Shown: one piece after another, positions 28,056 to 38,565 of the stretch
Layout of the letters: every line of letters begins with the position of its first letter
Numbering within the stretch: the stretch's first letter is position 1
Origin: a virus
DNA: 64,000 nt
Virus record (IMG/VR): IMGVR_UViG_3300018080_000139
Coordinates: 31,868-95,867 of that record
Reading direction: 5' to 3' (one strand)
Made by a program: the position numbers and the translations under genes
Notes under the pieces: generated by a model
What the model was told of the DNA's origin: nothing
Seen by the model: the letters and a program-made list of their open reading frames with translations, nothing else
The model's database searches: none

Positions 28056-29846
28056 ATGCCAGCTCCGAGCATACCGAATCCAACAGCGGATCCTAATGAC
28101 CGCTATCCGGCAATAGACTATTCGTCTCGGGACTTCCCGACCGTCAAGCAAGCGCTCATCGAATTCATAAAGGCTCGTTTCCCCGCAACATTCACGGACT
28201 TTACGGAATCTAACTTGTCGGTGATGCTCCTCGAAGTGTGTGCGTGGGTGGCCGACATGTTGAGCTTTACAATCGACATGGCCGCGAACGAATGCTACCT
28301 CCCCACGCTGCGTCAGCGGGAAAATGCTGTAAATTTGGTGAAGCTTATAGGCTACGAGCCATCGCCACCGGCTGCGGCCTCGGCCGAGTTGCTTGTGGAC
28401 ACGAATATTGTCGGCGGCCTCGCTCAGGACGCCACTATTTCGGCGGGGGCGTCGATTTCCGTTCAAGGTCTGACCTTCGAGCTTCTCGAAGATTTTGTTC
28501 TACTCGCCGGCAACCGCGACGCTGGCCCGGGAAGCACTACCGGGCTGCCTGGGCCCACGTTCGCCGAAGGCGTGAGCTACGACGAATCATTTACGGTTCC
28601 GGCGTCGACACCGAATCAAATCTACACCTTGGGAAACTATCCCGTAATTCGGGGGAGCGTGGAAGTCAGGGTCAACGGCTCCTTGTGGAATGAAGTGGAG
28701 GCCTTGGTCTTTGCTGGGCAAGCGAATTCATACGCTCTCGATTTCGATGGTGACAACAGGCCGACCATTCGCTTCGGGGACGGCGTAAGCGGTAACATCC
28801 CGCTGGCCGGGTCGCTTATCGAGGTCTATTCGCGCGTTGGCGGGGGGGAGGCCGGGAACATCGGGGCCGGTCTCATTTCCACCCAGCTTTCGGCGACCAC
28901 GATTTCGGGGACCGTTCAGCTCGCCGCGACCAACCCGAACCCGGCAAGCGGAGGAGCTGAGGAGGAGTCCCTCGATTCGATCAAATTCAACGCTCCTCGG
29001 TATGTCCGGACACATGGCAATGCCATATCGAAACTCGACTATGACACCTTGATTCCGATTTTTGTAGACCCCACTTACGGAGCTATCGCAAAGGGTGTGG
29101 CCTTTCCGCGCGTTGGGAAAACGAACTCGAGCGCTAACGAGATTGACGTGTTCGTGTGGACCCGAACGGCCGGCGCTCTCGTTGGTGGAGCCAGCCAGGG
29201 GCTCAAAGAGGCCTTGCTCGACTACCTGAACATCAGGAAAGTGCTTAACCTCGACATTTTTATCAACGACGGTCTCTTGAAGGACATCGACATGGTAGTC
29301 ACGCTTTTCGTCGACCAGCGCGTCAAGCTCGCCGATGAAATCGTTGCCGATGTCGAGACGGCCTTGCAGGATTTCTTCGACCGGGACAGCCTGGAGCCGG
29401 CGCAAACTTTTTTTGTCTCGGAAGTCTACTACCTGTTGATGGGCCTTGCCGGAGTTCAGCAGGTGAATCTGGGGGTTCCAGGAACGGAAGACACGGCCAG
29501 CGACAGCGTGGACGGGTTTTTCATCGCAGGCCTCACCACGGAGGTTACGTTGACGGCCGGCGGATTGGTCCCGAACGCTTACGCGGGCGGGAGAATCGTC
29601 TACACGTCCGGAGCCTTGAACGGGAGGCAGTTCCCTATTTTGCGAAACACCGCTAGCGTGGTCACGGTCGACGGAATAAATTCGCTCCTCGCCCCCGGGG
29701 ACACTTTCGACTTGTTTTCGTTGTACGATCCGCTAAACGACATCGCGGTGGCGGACAACGAAATCTATCGGCTCGGGTCGTACACAGTGGCCGCCTACGA
29801 GCGCAGCCAGGACACGCGCGAGAGCTTCCTGATAACCTACGTGTAA
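28056..29846 (+). CDS. Baseplate wedge protein (gp6/P2 gpJ-like)
   Basis: DYSSRDF, IRFGDGVSGNIP, GGAEEESLDSIK.NAP. Confidence 0.92.
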   Translation: MPAPSIPNPTADPNDRYPAIDYSSRDFPTVKQALIEFIKARFPATFTDFTESNLSVMLLEVCAWVADMLSFTIDMAANECYLPTLRQRENAVNLVKLIGYEPSPPAAASAELLVDTNIVGGLAQDATISAGASISVQGLTFELLEDFVLLAGNRDAGPGSTTGLPGPTFAEGVSYDESFTVPASTPNQIYTLGNYPVIRGSVEVRVNGSLWNEVEALVFAGQANSYALDFDGDNRPTIRFGDGVSGNIPLAGSLIEVYSRVGGGEAGNIGAGLISTQLSATTISGTVQLAATNPNPASGGAEEESLDSIKFNAPRYVRTHGNAISKLDYDTLIPIFVDPTYGAIAKGVAFPRVGKTNSSANEIDVFVWTRTAGALVGGASQGLKEALLDYLNIRKVLNLDIFINDGLLKDIDMVVTLFVDQRVKLADEIVADVETALQDFFDRDSLEPAQTFFVSEVYYLLMGLAGVQQVNLGVPGTEDTASDSVDGFFIAGLTTEVTLTAGGLVPNAYAGGRIVYTSGALNGRQFPILRNTASVVTVDGINSLLAPGDTFDLFSLYDPLNDIAVADNEIYRLGSYTVAAYERSQDTRESFLITYV

Positions 29847-29893
29847 GGATTTTTCGGATTTTACTCTATCCTGGATAGAGGAGGGATTTTTTC

Positions 29894-31348
29894 GTGGTAG
29901 ACCAGTTTGATTTTTACGCGCGGCTTATACCGTTTCGGCATCGCGCGGCGGACGTCGATGAGGCCCTGAAGGCCATCGTTGACGCTTTTCAGGGGGAAAT
30001 TCTATCCCTGAAGGCCTCCGCGATAGCTTTGCCAGAGCTACAATCTCTTGACGACGTGCCCTGCGACTATCTGGCCTACCTCGCGAATTTGATCGGGCTG
30101 CAAACCGAGGATTGCGACCCGTGCGCCCTCATCCGAGAGCAAATCCGCGCGGCTGTGCCGATTTACGGGATAAAAGGGACCACGCTGAGCTTTGAGGCTC
30201 TCATGCGAACGCTAGGGTTCCAAGCTACCGTGATCCCCCTCTTCGAAGACAGCCCGGACAGCGCAATAACGATCGACGAGAGCGCCGCGATAACCGGATT
30301 CAACACGCGCCTCCCCGGCTGGCATATGTCCTCGAGAATAAGGCTGGAACTCGAGAGACTTCCGGAAGCCGAGCTTCTCTCGATTTGCGGCTTTGAAGGG
30401 GGTTTGCTCACCCCATTCCTCCTCGCGCGCTTGTTGAAGAAGCTTCGAGAAATCACGCCCATTCACATCGAACTCGATATGAACACGGTCTACTCGTTTT
30501 CAGACGTCATTGGCGTTGATGATGCCGTTTTGATTGCGATAGACTACTTGACGCGCGTCAAAATGGGTTGCTGCTGTTACCACGGCAAGGGCGCGCGCGT
30601 CGAGAACTACCACACTGTCGTAAGGTATGACGCTGGGTTCAAGTATGACGAAAGCCCTCCGAGAATCTACGATGAGCCTGGGGAGCATTCGCGCGCGCCA
30701 GAGATGGATTACCCCCCGTTTTATTACGATACGGTCTACTCGCACGAATGCCAATATCCCGACCATATCTATGATCCTTTTCGCTATCGGCTTTCCGGGA
30801 TATATTGCCGGCGCGACGAAAGCAATGCCTTCGCGCTGCAGCGTTATGGCTACAACAAAGGCGGTGGCGCGGACATGTCAATCTCTACGCTTCTCGACAC
30901 GGTTTCAGCCCCGTCCGCAAAATTCGTCTCCAATATGCACGTAATCGTAGGGGATTTCGTGCGGATCAATCACGAGTACCGCAAGGTGGAAGAGGTCCTG
31001 GGAGAAACGAGCCTTCGCATAGTCGCTCCGTTCTCCTGGCCCGATGGAATTTACGACTACGAGATTATCTTTTCTGACGCCTACCACAGACGCGAAGCAA
31101 CGCACAAAGACCCTTTAAACTTCACGGTGCCGACATATTACCATCGCATCGAGCTTACTATATATAACCTGTTCGACACGGGATTACTTTTCGACGACGG
31201 GCTATTTTTCGATGACGGAGGGCTGAAGCACAATTGCTGTATATCCGAAAAGCTCGTGTCTGAGGAAGACGGAAGTGGGGTGGAGGAAGTACACTACCCC
31301 GATGAAACAATTATCCCCGGAAGTGAGGGAATACTTCTGAAGCCGTAA
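29894..31348 (+). CDS. Baseplate wedge protein (gp7/P2 gpI-like) with Tyr/Asp/Cys-rich C-terminus
   Basis: YLAYLANLIG...R..I..A..IY..KGT; P.HI. Confidence 0.8.
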   Translation: MVDQFDFYARLIPFRHRAADVDEALKAIVDAFQGEILSLKASAIALPELQSLDDVPCDYLAYLANLIGLQTEDCDPCALIREQIRAAVPIYGIKGTTLSFEALMRTLGFQATVIPLFEDSPDSAITIDESAAITGFNTRLPGWHMSSRIRLELERLPEAELLSICGFEGGLLTPFLLARLLKKLREITPIHIELDMNTVYSFSDVIGVDDAVLIAIDYLTRVKMGCCCYHGKGARVENYHTVVRYDAGFKYDESPPRIYDEPGEHSRAPEMDYPPFYYDTVYSHECQYPDHIYDPFRYRLSGIYCRRDESNAFALQRYGYNKGGGADMSISTLLDTVSAPSAKFVSNMHVIVGDFVRINHEYRKVEEVLGETSLRIVAPFSWPDGIYDYEIIFSDAYHRREATHKDPLNFTVPTYYHRIELTIYNLFDTGLLFDDGLFFDDGGLKHNCCISEKLVSEEDGSGVEEVHYPDETIIPGSEGILLKP

Positions 31349-31349
31349 G

Positions 31350-31865
31350 ATGGCTGGAAAGGGATTTGACGTTATGCCACAAGAATTCAACAAGGCCTAT
31401 CCGGAGTATAACGCCGACGTCGTTTCCTCCAGGTTGCGCGCCCAGTTTAATGCCTTGGCGTCCCAGAGTGAGGGCGCAAGCGAGCCCCCCGACCTGCAGC
31501 GCGGAATGCTCTGGCTGGACATGGCCGAAACTTTGAACTGGAAGCTGAAAATGCGAATCGAGGGGGACGGCGCCAACCCGGATCGCTGGGTGGTCCTCTT
31601 CGAAAACGTGAACACCCTGCTCGGGTCCCCCACAGCTCCTGGCGGATCCAGCCAGTACGAACATGACCAAGCCGTGGCGGCGAATCCGTGGGCCGTAAAT
31701 CACGCGCTGGGCCGACAATTCGTAAGCGTCGAAATAATCGACACGTCGGCGTCCCCGCCGAAAAACGTGGACCCGAGCGCTTACACCGTGGAGTATGACG
31801 ACGAGGACAACTGCACTATCACTTTTGTCACGGGAGCCACCAGTGGAAAAGCCATTGTTTCTTGA
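31350..31865 (+). CDS. Tail fibre-associated protein
   Basis: GMLWLD; W.VNHALG...SGKA beta domain. Confidence 0.65.
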   Translation: MAGKGFDVMPQEFNKAYPEYNADVVSSRLRAQFNALASQSEGASEPPDLQRGMLWLDMAETLNWKLKMRIEGDGANPDRWVVLFENVNTLLGSPTAPGGSSQYEHDQAVAANPWAVNHALGRQFVSVEIIDTSASPPKNVDPSAYTVEYDDEDNCTITFVTGATSGKAIVS

Positions 31866-32319
31866 CCGGCTACCGATCAAGCTCAACGTCGAAATAATCG
31901 AGTATCGGCAGGGTGGCGTGATCCCGCAAAAGGTATGGCGCAAGAAAAACGTCGTCGTCAATGTCGGGCGTGAGCAAATCGGTCTGATGCTCGCCACAGG
32001 AATTTCAAACCAGATCACGGAAATCGCCTGGGGGGACGGCGGACACGACGTCGGGGACCCCTCGCAGTACACGCCGGCGTCCTTGACCGATACGGCCTTG
32101 GTCAACGAGATTTTCCGGAAGGCCATAACAAGCGTTACGGCTCCGTCTCAGACGTCCGTAAGATTTACGGGACTCCTGGAATCCTCCGACATTGTAGGTC
32201 AAGGAATCTCAGAAATGGGCTTGTTTCACGATGCTGGGGAGATGTTCGCGCGGCTGGCTTTCCCACTGATATACAAGGGGCCTGTGCCGTTGGAATTTCG
32301 CTGGACGATAGAGATATAA
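31843..32319 (+). CDS. Tail collar/fibre-attachment protein
   Basis: NVVVNVGRE, IAWGDG, DTALVNEI, ISEMGLF. Confidence 0.75.
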   Translation: MEKPLFLDRLPIKLNVEIIEYRQGGVIPQKVWRKKNVVVNVGREQIGLMLATGISNQITEIAWGDGGHDVGDPSQYTPASLTDTALVNEIFRKAITSVTAPSQTSVRFTGLLESSDIVGQGISEMGLFHDAGEMFARLAFPLIYKGPVPLEFRWTIEI

Positions 32320-32331
32320 GGAGCTGAGACG

Positions 32332-33351
32332 ATGGGAGTACCTCCTCCGAATGGCGACCTGGACGTCAATGGCCTTACAGCCGTAAGATTTTACGACGTT
32401 CATGATCCTGTTTATGCTGACGTGGACAACCGTCCCCTCTCCGACCTTCGTCAGCGCGACGTCGAAGTGCAAACGATAGCGGAAGGGGCCGCCTCCGCGG
32501 CCGCAACCGTAGCCTCTGGACTGTCCACGCTGGCCGATAAAGTCGGTGAAGACACGACCACCCCCAAAGGGACCCCCCCTTCCGGGCCGCCGACGTACCG
32601 AGCAACTCCTTACACGGTGGCGAACGGAGACGATCACACAACCGCGATCGGGAAAGTAGACTTGAAGCAGGAGCTTCAGGACGTCGACATAGCCGCGCTT
32701 CAAGCGGCTGTGGTTGCCTCCTCCGTGCCGGCCGGCACGGTCCTGTTCATCGACGCCGACACGCCCCCGTCCGGTTATCTGGAGGCGAACGGGGCCTCGG
32801 TTTCGCCGACGACCTATTATGCTCTCGCCGCGGCTCTCGCCGGAAGACATGGATTTTTCGATACGAACGCGGTTGCCGTGGATTATACGACGGACACCTT
32901 CACGTTTGCCTCGCACGGGCTGGTAGACGACGACGTAATTTTTTTGTCGGCAACGGCCATGCCAACAGGGTTAAGCGCAGGAGTCCCTTACTTTATCGTT
33001 AACGCCTCCCTGACCACCTTTCAGGTTTCCCTCACAGAGGGGGGGAGCCCGGTCGATTTTTCCGACAATGGGACTGCAGTCAACTTTCACACACTGCTTT
33101 ACCTGCCAGATCTCCGGGCCGAATTTATTCGTGGATGGGACAATGGGCGTGGGGTGGATTCCGGGCGCGTTTTAGGGTCGTTCCAGGCTGACCTGCTTAA
33201 GTCACATGCCCACTCTGTGACCTATGCTTCTGGAGGCTTTTGGGTCGAAAGCGGAAATGACATCCCTTGGGGTGGCAGTTCGACCGGATCTACTGGTGGG
33301 GTCGAAACCAGACCGCGAAACGTGGCTTTGCTCCCCGTAATTAAGATTTAA
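32332..33351 (+). CDS. Tail fibre protein with tail-collar domain
   Basis: VPAGTV...PSGYLEANG...LPDLRAEFIRGWDNGRGVDSGR.LGSFQ...ETRPRNVA. Confidence 0.88.
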   Translation: MGVPPPNGDLDVNGLTAVRFYDVHDPVYADVDNRPLSDLRQRDVEVQTIAEGAASAAATVASGLSTLADKVGEDTTTPKGTPPSGPPTYRATPYTVANGDDHTTAIGKVDLKQELQDVDIAALQAAVVASSVPAGTVLFIDADTPPSGYLEANGASVSPTTYYALAAALAGRHGFFDTNAVAVDYTTDTFTFASHGLVDDDVIFLSATAMPTGLSAGVPYFIVNASLTTFQVSLTEGGSPVDFSDNGTAVNFHTLLYLPDLRAEFIRGWDNGRGVDSGRVLGSFQADLLKSHAHSVTYASGGFWVESGNDIPWGGSSTGSTGGVETRPRNVALLPVIKI

Positions 33352-33365
33352 AGGAGGGCCGAGGA

Positions 33366-34007
33366 GTGACACAGTTATTCAACAAGGCCTTTCCAGCTTT
33401 TAAGCAGGGGATCACGTCCGAAGAGTTTCGAAACATCTTCGCGTCTTTGGTATCACACCACGCGGGCCCCTCTCCGCCAGGAGGCACGATTGACACCGAT
33501 CCTGAAGGTGGGTGGTTGTGGTACAAGGACGACACCGACGAGTGGTTTTATTATCGGGCTCCCACCGCCTCGTGGGTGGCATGGACAATCGGCGGAGGGG
33601 GTGGGGAATCCGTCTTAGGGCCGATGCGCCTGGCGCATTTTGGCGCCTTCCCTCAGTCGACGGTGCGCGACTTGTACGACGCGGAGGGTGCCTACTCTGG
33701 AGTTGAGATGCCCAGCCTGGGGTCGGTAATCGCTGTTGTGCTTAAAACCACAAACCCACGGACGGCGGGGTCCCTGTCGGCACGGCTGACGAAAAACGGT
33801 AGCCCATTAGCTGCTGGTGGGCTCGACGTCGCTTTGAATGCGACGAACCCAACGAGAGCGGCCGCGATCGTCTTACCCAATACGGCACCGTATACGTTTG
33901 TCGCCTGGGATACAATTGGCGTGAGGCTCACGAGCGACGGGGTTTGGCTTCCAAACACGGGACTGGAGAAATTGATAACTTTCGATTTCTTTGCGAGCCT
34001 GACGTAA
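33366..34007 (+). CDS. Tail fibre-associated protein
   Basis: N-terminus paralogous to 31350, C-terminus paralogous to 38566. Confidence 0.7.
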   Translation: MTQLFNKAFPAFKQGITSEEFRNIFASLVSHHAGPSPPGGTIDTDPEGGWLWYKDDTDEWFYYRAPTASWVAWTIGGGGGESVLGPMRLAHFGAFPQSTVRDLYDAEGAYSGVEMPSLGSVIAVVLKTTNPRTAGSLSARLTKNGSPLAAGGLDVALNATNPTRAAAIVLPNTAPYTFVAWDTIGVRLTSDGVWLPNTGLEKLITFDFFASLT

Positions 34008-34023
34008 TCGAGGAGGGAATATT

Positions 34024-35319
34024 TTGGCAAGCAAAATAGCAAAAGTGTCGAGTGGTCGAAGAGCCTTTGCGGAGCTGTCCCCCTCGGATTTTACGGACCT
34101 TACGCGCTCGACGATGCTTGTTTCTGCTGCGAGTGAGTCGGCATTTGAGACCGCTATAGGGCGCTCGGCCCAGGAGAAAGACGAATATTGGAATTCAGCG
34201 GCGAAGGTCAGAGGCTGGCATGACGGCACCCAATGGAATTACGAAGAACGAAGCTATATCCGCAGAGATGGGGCGGCTGGGTTCACACGAACTTCGACTT
34301 CGACATTCACAGTAACGGATAATTCCGACAATCAGGGTATCTTCAAACCTGGCTTACCTCTCGCCTACAGGACATCCGCAGGGTCAGGGGCCTTTTCCTA
34401 CGGCATCATCAAGTCTTATTCTTCCGGGACCGTGACCATAATGGGTGTAGCCCTGCCGTCTACTGTCGGTGAGCTTCGAGTAGGGCCCTCGCATAAGGTC
34501 GTGCAAGTCTCGTTACAGGTGGCTGGAGAGCTTGCCGTTGGTGACGACCAACTTAAAACTGTCATGGCTACAGCCTTCCGTTGGTTATTGGCCTCTGGGT
34601 ATCTGGTAGGGGTCCGGGCCTGGGTAGAAACAGCGGCTGCTGGTGCCAACCTGCTTATCCAACTTGGTATAGGGGCTGCTGGACAAGACCTGCTATCTTC
34701 GCAACTTTCTCTAGGACAGGCCACAACCGAGGTAGACAGCGGAGTCACCATCTCTAACACTTATTACAACGTAGATTTCTTAGACAAGGTTTTTCTTAAT
34801 GTAGATCAGGTGGGGAGCACGACTGCTGGCGAAGATCTAACCGTTGAACTTATCAGCGTCTTGCCAGAGCTTGGGTCTATGCCTGGAACGCCGATGGAGG
34901 CAGACACCTACCCACACGTTGTTACTTGCTTCCAAGATGAGGCCGTGGCAGAAGTAGGGACGCTTGCCGTTGCATCTAACAATGACTCTTATTACGAGTA
35001 TTCCGTCTGGAATGATAGTGCCAACGACCTTGATGAGCGAAGTCACGAGATCCTCCTACGAGCAGGCTCATGGACAATCTATGTTATGGGAAAGACTTTT
35101 ACTTCGCGACCCTATGTGGATATAATGCTGGATTCTACTGTCAAGGGTACTCAGGACTGGTATGGTGGCGATGCTAACAACGTAGTAAAAACAACTTCGT
35201 TCACTGTGTCAAAGTCCAACAGGTACAAACTGCGTCTGAAAATCAACGGGAACAACCCCTCAAGCAGTGGTTACATATTTTTCGCCACCAAGGTCTGGCT
35301 TATAAGAACAGGAGACTAA
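34024..35319 (+). CDS. Putative receptor-binding/fibre protein
   Basis: Ser/Thr/Gly-rich beta domains within the fibre cluster. Confidence 0.65.
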   Translation: MASKIAKVSSGRRAFAELSPSDFTDLTRSTMLVSAASESAFETAIGRSAQEKDEYWNSAAKVRGWHDGTQWNYEERSYIRRDGAAGFTRTSTSTFTVTDNSDNQGIFKPGLPLAYRTSAGSGAFSYGIIKSYSSGTVTIMGVALPSTVGELRVGPSHKVVQVSLQVAGELAVGDDQLKTVMATAFRWLLASGYLVGVRAWVETAAAGANLLIQLGIGAAGQDLLSSQLSLGQATTEVDSGVTISNTYYNVDFLDKVFLNVDQVGSTTAGEDLTVELISVLPELGSMPGTPMEADTYPHVVTCFQDEAVAEVGTLAVASNNDSYYEYSVWNDSANDLDERSHEILLRAGSWTIYVMGKTFTSRPYVDIMLDSTVKGTQDWYGGDANNVVKTTSFTVSKSNRYKLRLKINGNNPSSSGYIFFATKVWLIRTGD

Positions 35320-35321
35320 TA

Positions 35322-35588
35322 ATGGCAGTAACAGATAAAAGAAATAGAAACAACTCCCCACATGAAACGCATGACGCGAATTGCACTCCTGGCTTTATTT
35401 ACGAGGAGCAGGAAGGCGAAATGGTGGACGTTACTTCGCAGGCCGCTCTCGAAAAGATAGACTACCTGGCCGACGTCAAGATCGACGGCGGAGACTGGAC
35501 TCCGAGCCGCTGCAACGCTTACACCTGGAGAAACGGCACCACCGAGCAAAAGGACACGGAATTAGAAAACAGAGTCGGGAGCGTCTAA
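35322..35588 (+). CDS. Hypothetical protein
   Basis: AGGAG RBS, coupled. Confidence 0.6.
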   Translation: MAVTDKRNRNNSPHETHDANCTPGFIYEEQEGEMVDVTSQAALEKIDYLADVKIDGGDWTPSRCNAYTWRNGTTEQKDTELENRVGSV

Positions 35589-35926
35589 TGTTAAGGCTAA
35601 AATATAAGCTTTATAACGGGACTCAGCCGCAGGACGCTATCGTGGCTGCCGTCCCGTCGATAGACCAGGCTACAGACCTGTTCATGGGCCAATGGCCTTC
35701 TGGAGATTGGATGTATGGAGAGATAGATACAAGCTCCGAGAACCAAAGCACTCTAGAGTCGGCGCTCACTAATTGGGAAGGCACTTTTCTGACCGATCAG
35801 CAAGCGTTAGACTATGTTGACTCTGTATTACCCACTGACACGGTTGTTGTGAAGCGTGTAACGGCTTTGGCAGCAGAAATAGACGGTAATGGAAATGTGG
35901 TTAAGCAGGTGGTGGAAGAGGCATAA
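35588..35926 (+). CDS. Hypothetical protein
   Basis: TAATG coupling on both sides. Confidence 0.65.
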   Translation: MLRLKYKLYNGTQPQDAIVAAVPSIDQATDLFMGQWPSGDWMYGEIDTSSENQSTLESALTNWEGTFLTDQQALDYVDSVLPTDTVVVKRVTALAAEIDGNGNVVKQVVEEA

Positions 35927-36876
35927 TGGTTCCAATTCTTTGTCGCGTTCCTTTTGCGCGCTTGTTGGGGTCTCTACCAGCAAGAGTTATCGGCCTTAGT
36001 TTAGGCGGTTACACAGGTTCAGCAGACACTAACTCCATTTCCTATCACGACACAACCGCTACAACTGGAAATGCAGCCAGCAAAGGGGCTCTTACTGTAG
36101 CACGCCGCGGGGCTTCCGGACAGGCCTGGTCGTCTATTTATGGGTTTCCTTGCGGTGGAAACGCAGGCGGAACGTTATACAGTATCATAGAGTACGTCGA
36201 TCACACTACCACCTCCGGTGGGGCTACCAACCGCGGGGCAATTAGTAGCGGCTCCCGTACCTACCTGGCTATGGGGCATGGTACTGTTTATGGGTTCATC
36301 TATGATGGGTCGGCAGACGCCACCATGGGAACTGTCCGCAATTACTTTGATTGGATCAATCTTACGACGGCTACAGCCAACTCGTCTTCGAAGGGAACGG
36401 ATATTTTAGGGCGCGCAGGATTGGCTGCGGTATCAAGGCCTGCGACATACAACTGGTTATGTGGGGGACAATACCCCTCCAATAACTATGTCAACACAAT
36501 TTCCTATGTGGACGCAACAACCACAAGCGGCGGTGCCACGGATGGCGGAGATTTGACAGGGGCAAGCACGGGGACCGGGGCTGTATGGAGTGACACATAT
36601 GGGTTTGTGTCTCGTTGGATTCCGTCTACATCCTCTACGAACTGGTTGGATTTGACCACAGCAAGCACCAACGGAACCAACAAAGGAGGCTTGAGCGTCA
36701 ATCGCGCATGGTGTGCGGGAAATAGCGGTAGTGTCTATGGTTACTTTTTAGGTGGTTTGTACAACGTTATTACTTTGTACAACGTGATTGATCGGATTGA
36801 CTTGACCACCACGGTCCAGACGGCGGCGGATAAAGGTGATCTGCTTTCCAACTTAGGGTTTCCGGGAGGTATGTAG
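35926..36876 (+). CDS. Six-repeat kelch-like beta-propeller protein
   Basis: About 50-aa repeats YG..GG...I.Y.D.TT..G.A...G.L. Confidence 0.75.
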   Translation: MVPILCRVPFARLLGSLPARVIGLSLGGYTGSADTNSISYHDTTATTGNAASKGALTVARRGASGQAWSSIYGFPCGGNAGGTLYSIIEYVDHTTTSGGATNRGAISSGSRTYLAMGHGTVYGFIYDGSADATMGTVRNYFDWINLTTATANSSSKGTDILGRAGLAAVSRPATYNWLCGGQYPSNNYVNTISYVDATTTSGGATDGGDLTGASTGTGAVWSDTYGFVSRWIPSTSSTNWLDLTTASTNGTNKGGLSVNRAWCAGNSGSVYGYFLGGLYNVITLYNVIDRIDLTTTVQTAADKGDLLSNLGFPGGM

Positions 36877-37652
36877 TGAGTGGTAGAAAAGAGATTTGGG
36901 CCCAGATAAAAGAGATGGGCCAGATAAAATCTGACTTCGACACGGAGAAGTACACTGTCGCCCACGAAGGTAATTTTATTGCCAATCAGTTTCACTTCCT
37001 GATGCGTCAGTATAGATTTGCTCTGGAAGAAATCGAGCGATGGGAGATCGAGCTGGAGCGTATAGAAAGGGGACTGAAAGCGTATAGTGCCATTATTGAA
37101 AACCCTCTGGCTTCGGCAAGGTATTCTGGTGAACTTCGTGCGGCCCTGGAGAAAGAGTCTCATCCAGACCTGAAAATCAGAGAACTGGAACTACGGAAAC
37201 GTAGTCTGGAAATTGACCTCTGGGGAAAGAAGCAAACCGTAAAGCACTTTGAGAAGATGCGTCTTGCTCTAATCGAGATGAACGGCGGAAAGCCTTACAC
37301 TAACGAGCAGTACCAAGAAGAACAAGCAGCATACTGGCACTGGTTTCTGTCCTCCCGTGCGCGTTACCAAATGCTCTCCAGGGCAACAGGTATTTCGGAA
37401 GGGGTCCTGATGAATTTCGATCATGCCTCCAGAAGGCCTGTTCTTGAAGACTCTAAGCATGTTACTCCTCCAGTATTCACGCCGGATGGGCAAGCCATTT
37501 TTCTCGGAGAGATTTTCAAAAGCGGCGTGTTACCGGAAGACGGTACTATCGAGATAGAGAAAGCCCCGGACCCCCCGAAGATAACCGGACCGGGACCGGA
37601 GCTTTTCCGATCGCTAGGGGAGGCGGGACTTTTGCAGGAAAGGAAAATCTGA
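36876..37652 (+). CDS. Coiled-coil protein
   Basis: Heptad-rich core, coupled to the propeller gene. Confidence 0.75.
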   Translation: MSGRKEIWAQIKEMGQIKSDFDTEKYTVAHEGNFIANQFHFLMRQYRFALEEIERWEIELERIERGLKAYSAIIENPLASARYSGELRAALEKESHPDLKIRELELRKRSLEIDLWGKKQTVKHFEKMRLALIEMNGGKPYTNEQYQEEQAAYWHWFLSSRARYQMLSRATGISEGVLMNFDHASRRPVLEDSKHVTPPVFTPDGQAIFLGEIFKSGVLPEDGTIEIEKAPDPPKITGPGPELFRSLGEAGLLQERKI

Positions 37653-38545
37653 TGGAATCAGTAGCCGTGTATCTTTACGCCGCCGATGGCTATTATCTCG
37701 GTGAGGGGGGGGCGGCACGCGATGAGAGACATTTCGAGCGGACTGGACAAACACGTTATCTCATCCCCAGGAATGCAACTACAAGCTATCCCGGGACGAT
37801 TCCCGAAGGACAGCGTGCAAGGTGGAACGGATCGAGCTGGAACCTCGAGGACCTCCCCCCAGACGATTACGTCGAAATTTCCGGAGTTACCAAGCAAATA
37901 GCGGCGAGTTTTGCGTCTGAGGTCGCGTCTGAATTCCCGGGGTCCGCCGTCACCGAGATGGGGGAGCTGGATTGGAATTCAACAGATTCGAAAACTTTTC
38001 GATTCGACGGGGTGGAGGGCACGTCCGCAAACAGCACGACTTTGCAGGGGCTTATAGACTCCCACGACTACAGCGCCGGGAAAATGCTGGAAGTCCGCGA
38101 GGAAAGAGACTTAAGGCTGTGGTCGACGGATTGGAAAATCAGACGGCATGAGGACCAGACAGAACTCGTTTCCGCTGGGGTTCTCACGGACACCGATTTC
38201 TCCGCCGGCGAGTATGTCGACTGGCTGAAATACCGGCAAGCTCTCCGAGACTTCCCGTCTGTCTGTGACCCCACAAGCCCAAGCTGGCCCCTCGAGCCTG
38301 ACGCCTGGCACGAATGCGCCGCCGACGCGGGGGGTGACACGATAATCGACGCCGGGCATGGCTTGTCCGACGATGACCTGGTAGAATTTCGCGCGGGGAC
38401 GCTCCCCGGCGGTCTCGCCGTCGACACCACGTACTACGTGGTAGCCGCCACGACGGACACGTACAAAGTATCCACATCTCTGGGAGGGGCCGCCGCGGAC
38501 CTGACAAGCGCGGGATCCGGCGTTACCTACCGCAAACGCTACTAA
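37652..38545 (+). CDS. Tail fibre assembly chaperone-like protein (multi-domain)
   Basis: YLIPRNAT; VREERDLRL..TDW...W..YRQALRDFP...WP. Confidence 0.75.
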   Translation: MESVAVYLYAADGYYLGEGGAARDERHFERTGQTRYLIPRNATTSYPGTIPEGQRARWNGSSWNLEDLPPDDYVEISGVTKQIAASFASEVASEFPGSAVTEMGELDWNSTDSKTFRFDGVEGTSANSTTLQGLIDSHDYSAGKMLEVREERDLRLWSTDWKIRRHEDQTELVSAGVLTDTDFSAGEYVDWLKYRQALRDFPSVCDPTSPSWPLEPDAWHECAADAGGDTIIDAGHGLSDDDLVEFRAGTLPGGLAVDTTYYVVAATTDTYKVSTSLGGAAADLTSAGSGVTYRKRY

Positions 38546-38565
38546 TCAATAAGGAGTAAGGTTAG

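Noticed and set aside
18729-31348. Tailocin/eCIS/T6SS interpretation of the contractile tail genes
   Set aside because: Capsid, portal, terminase and replication genes are present, so this is a phage
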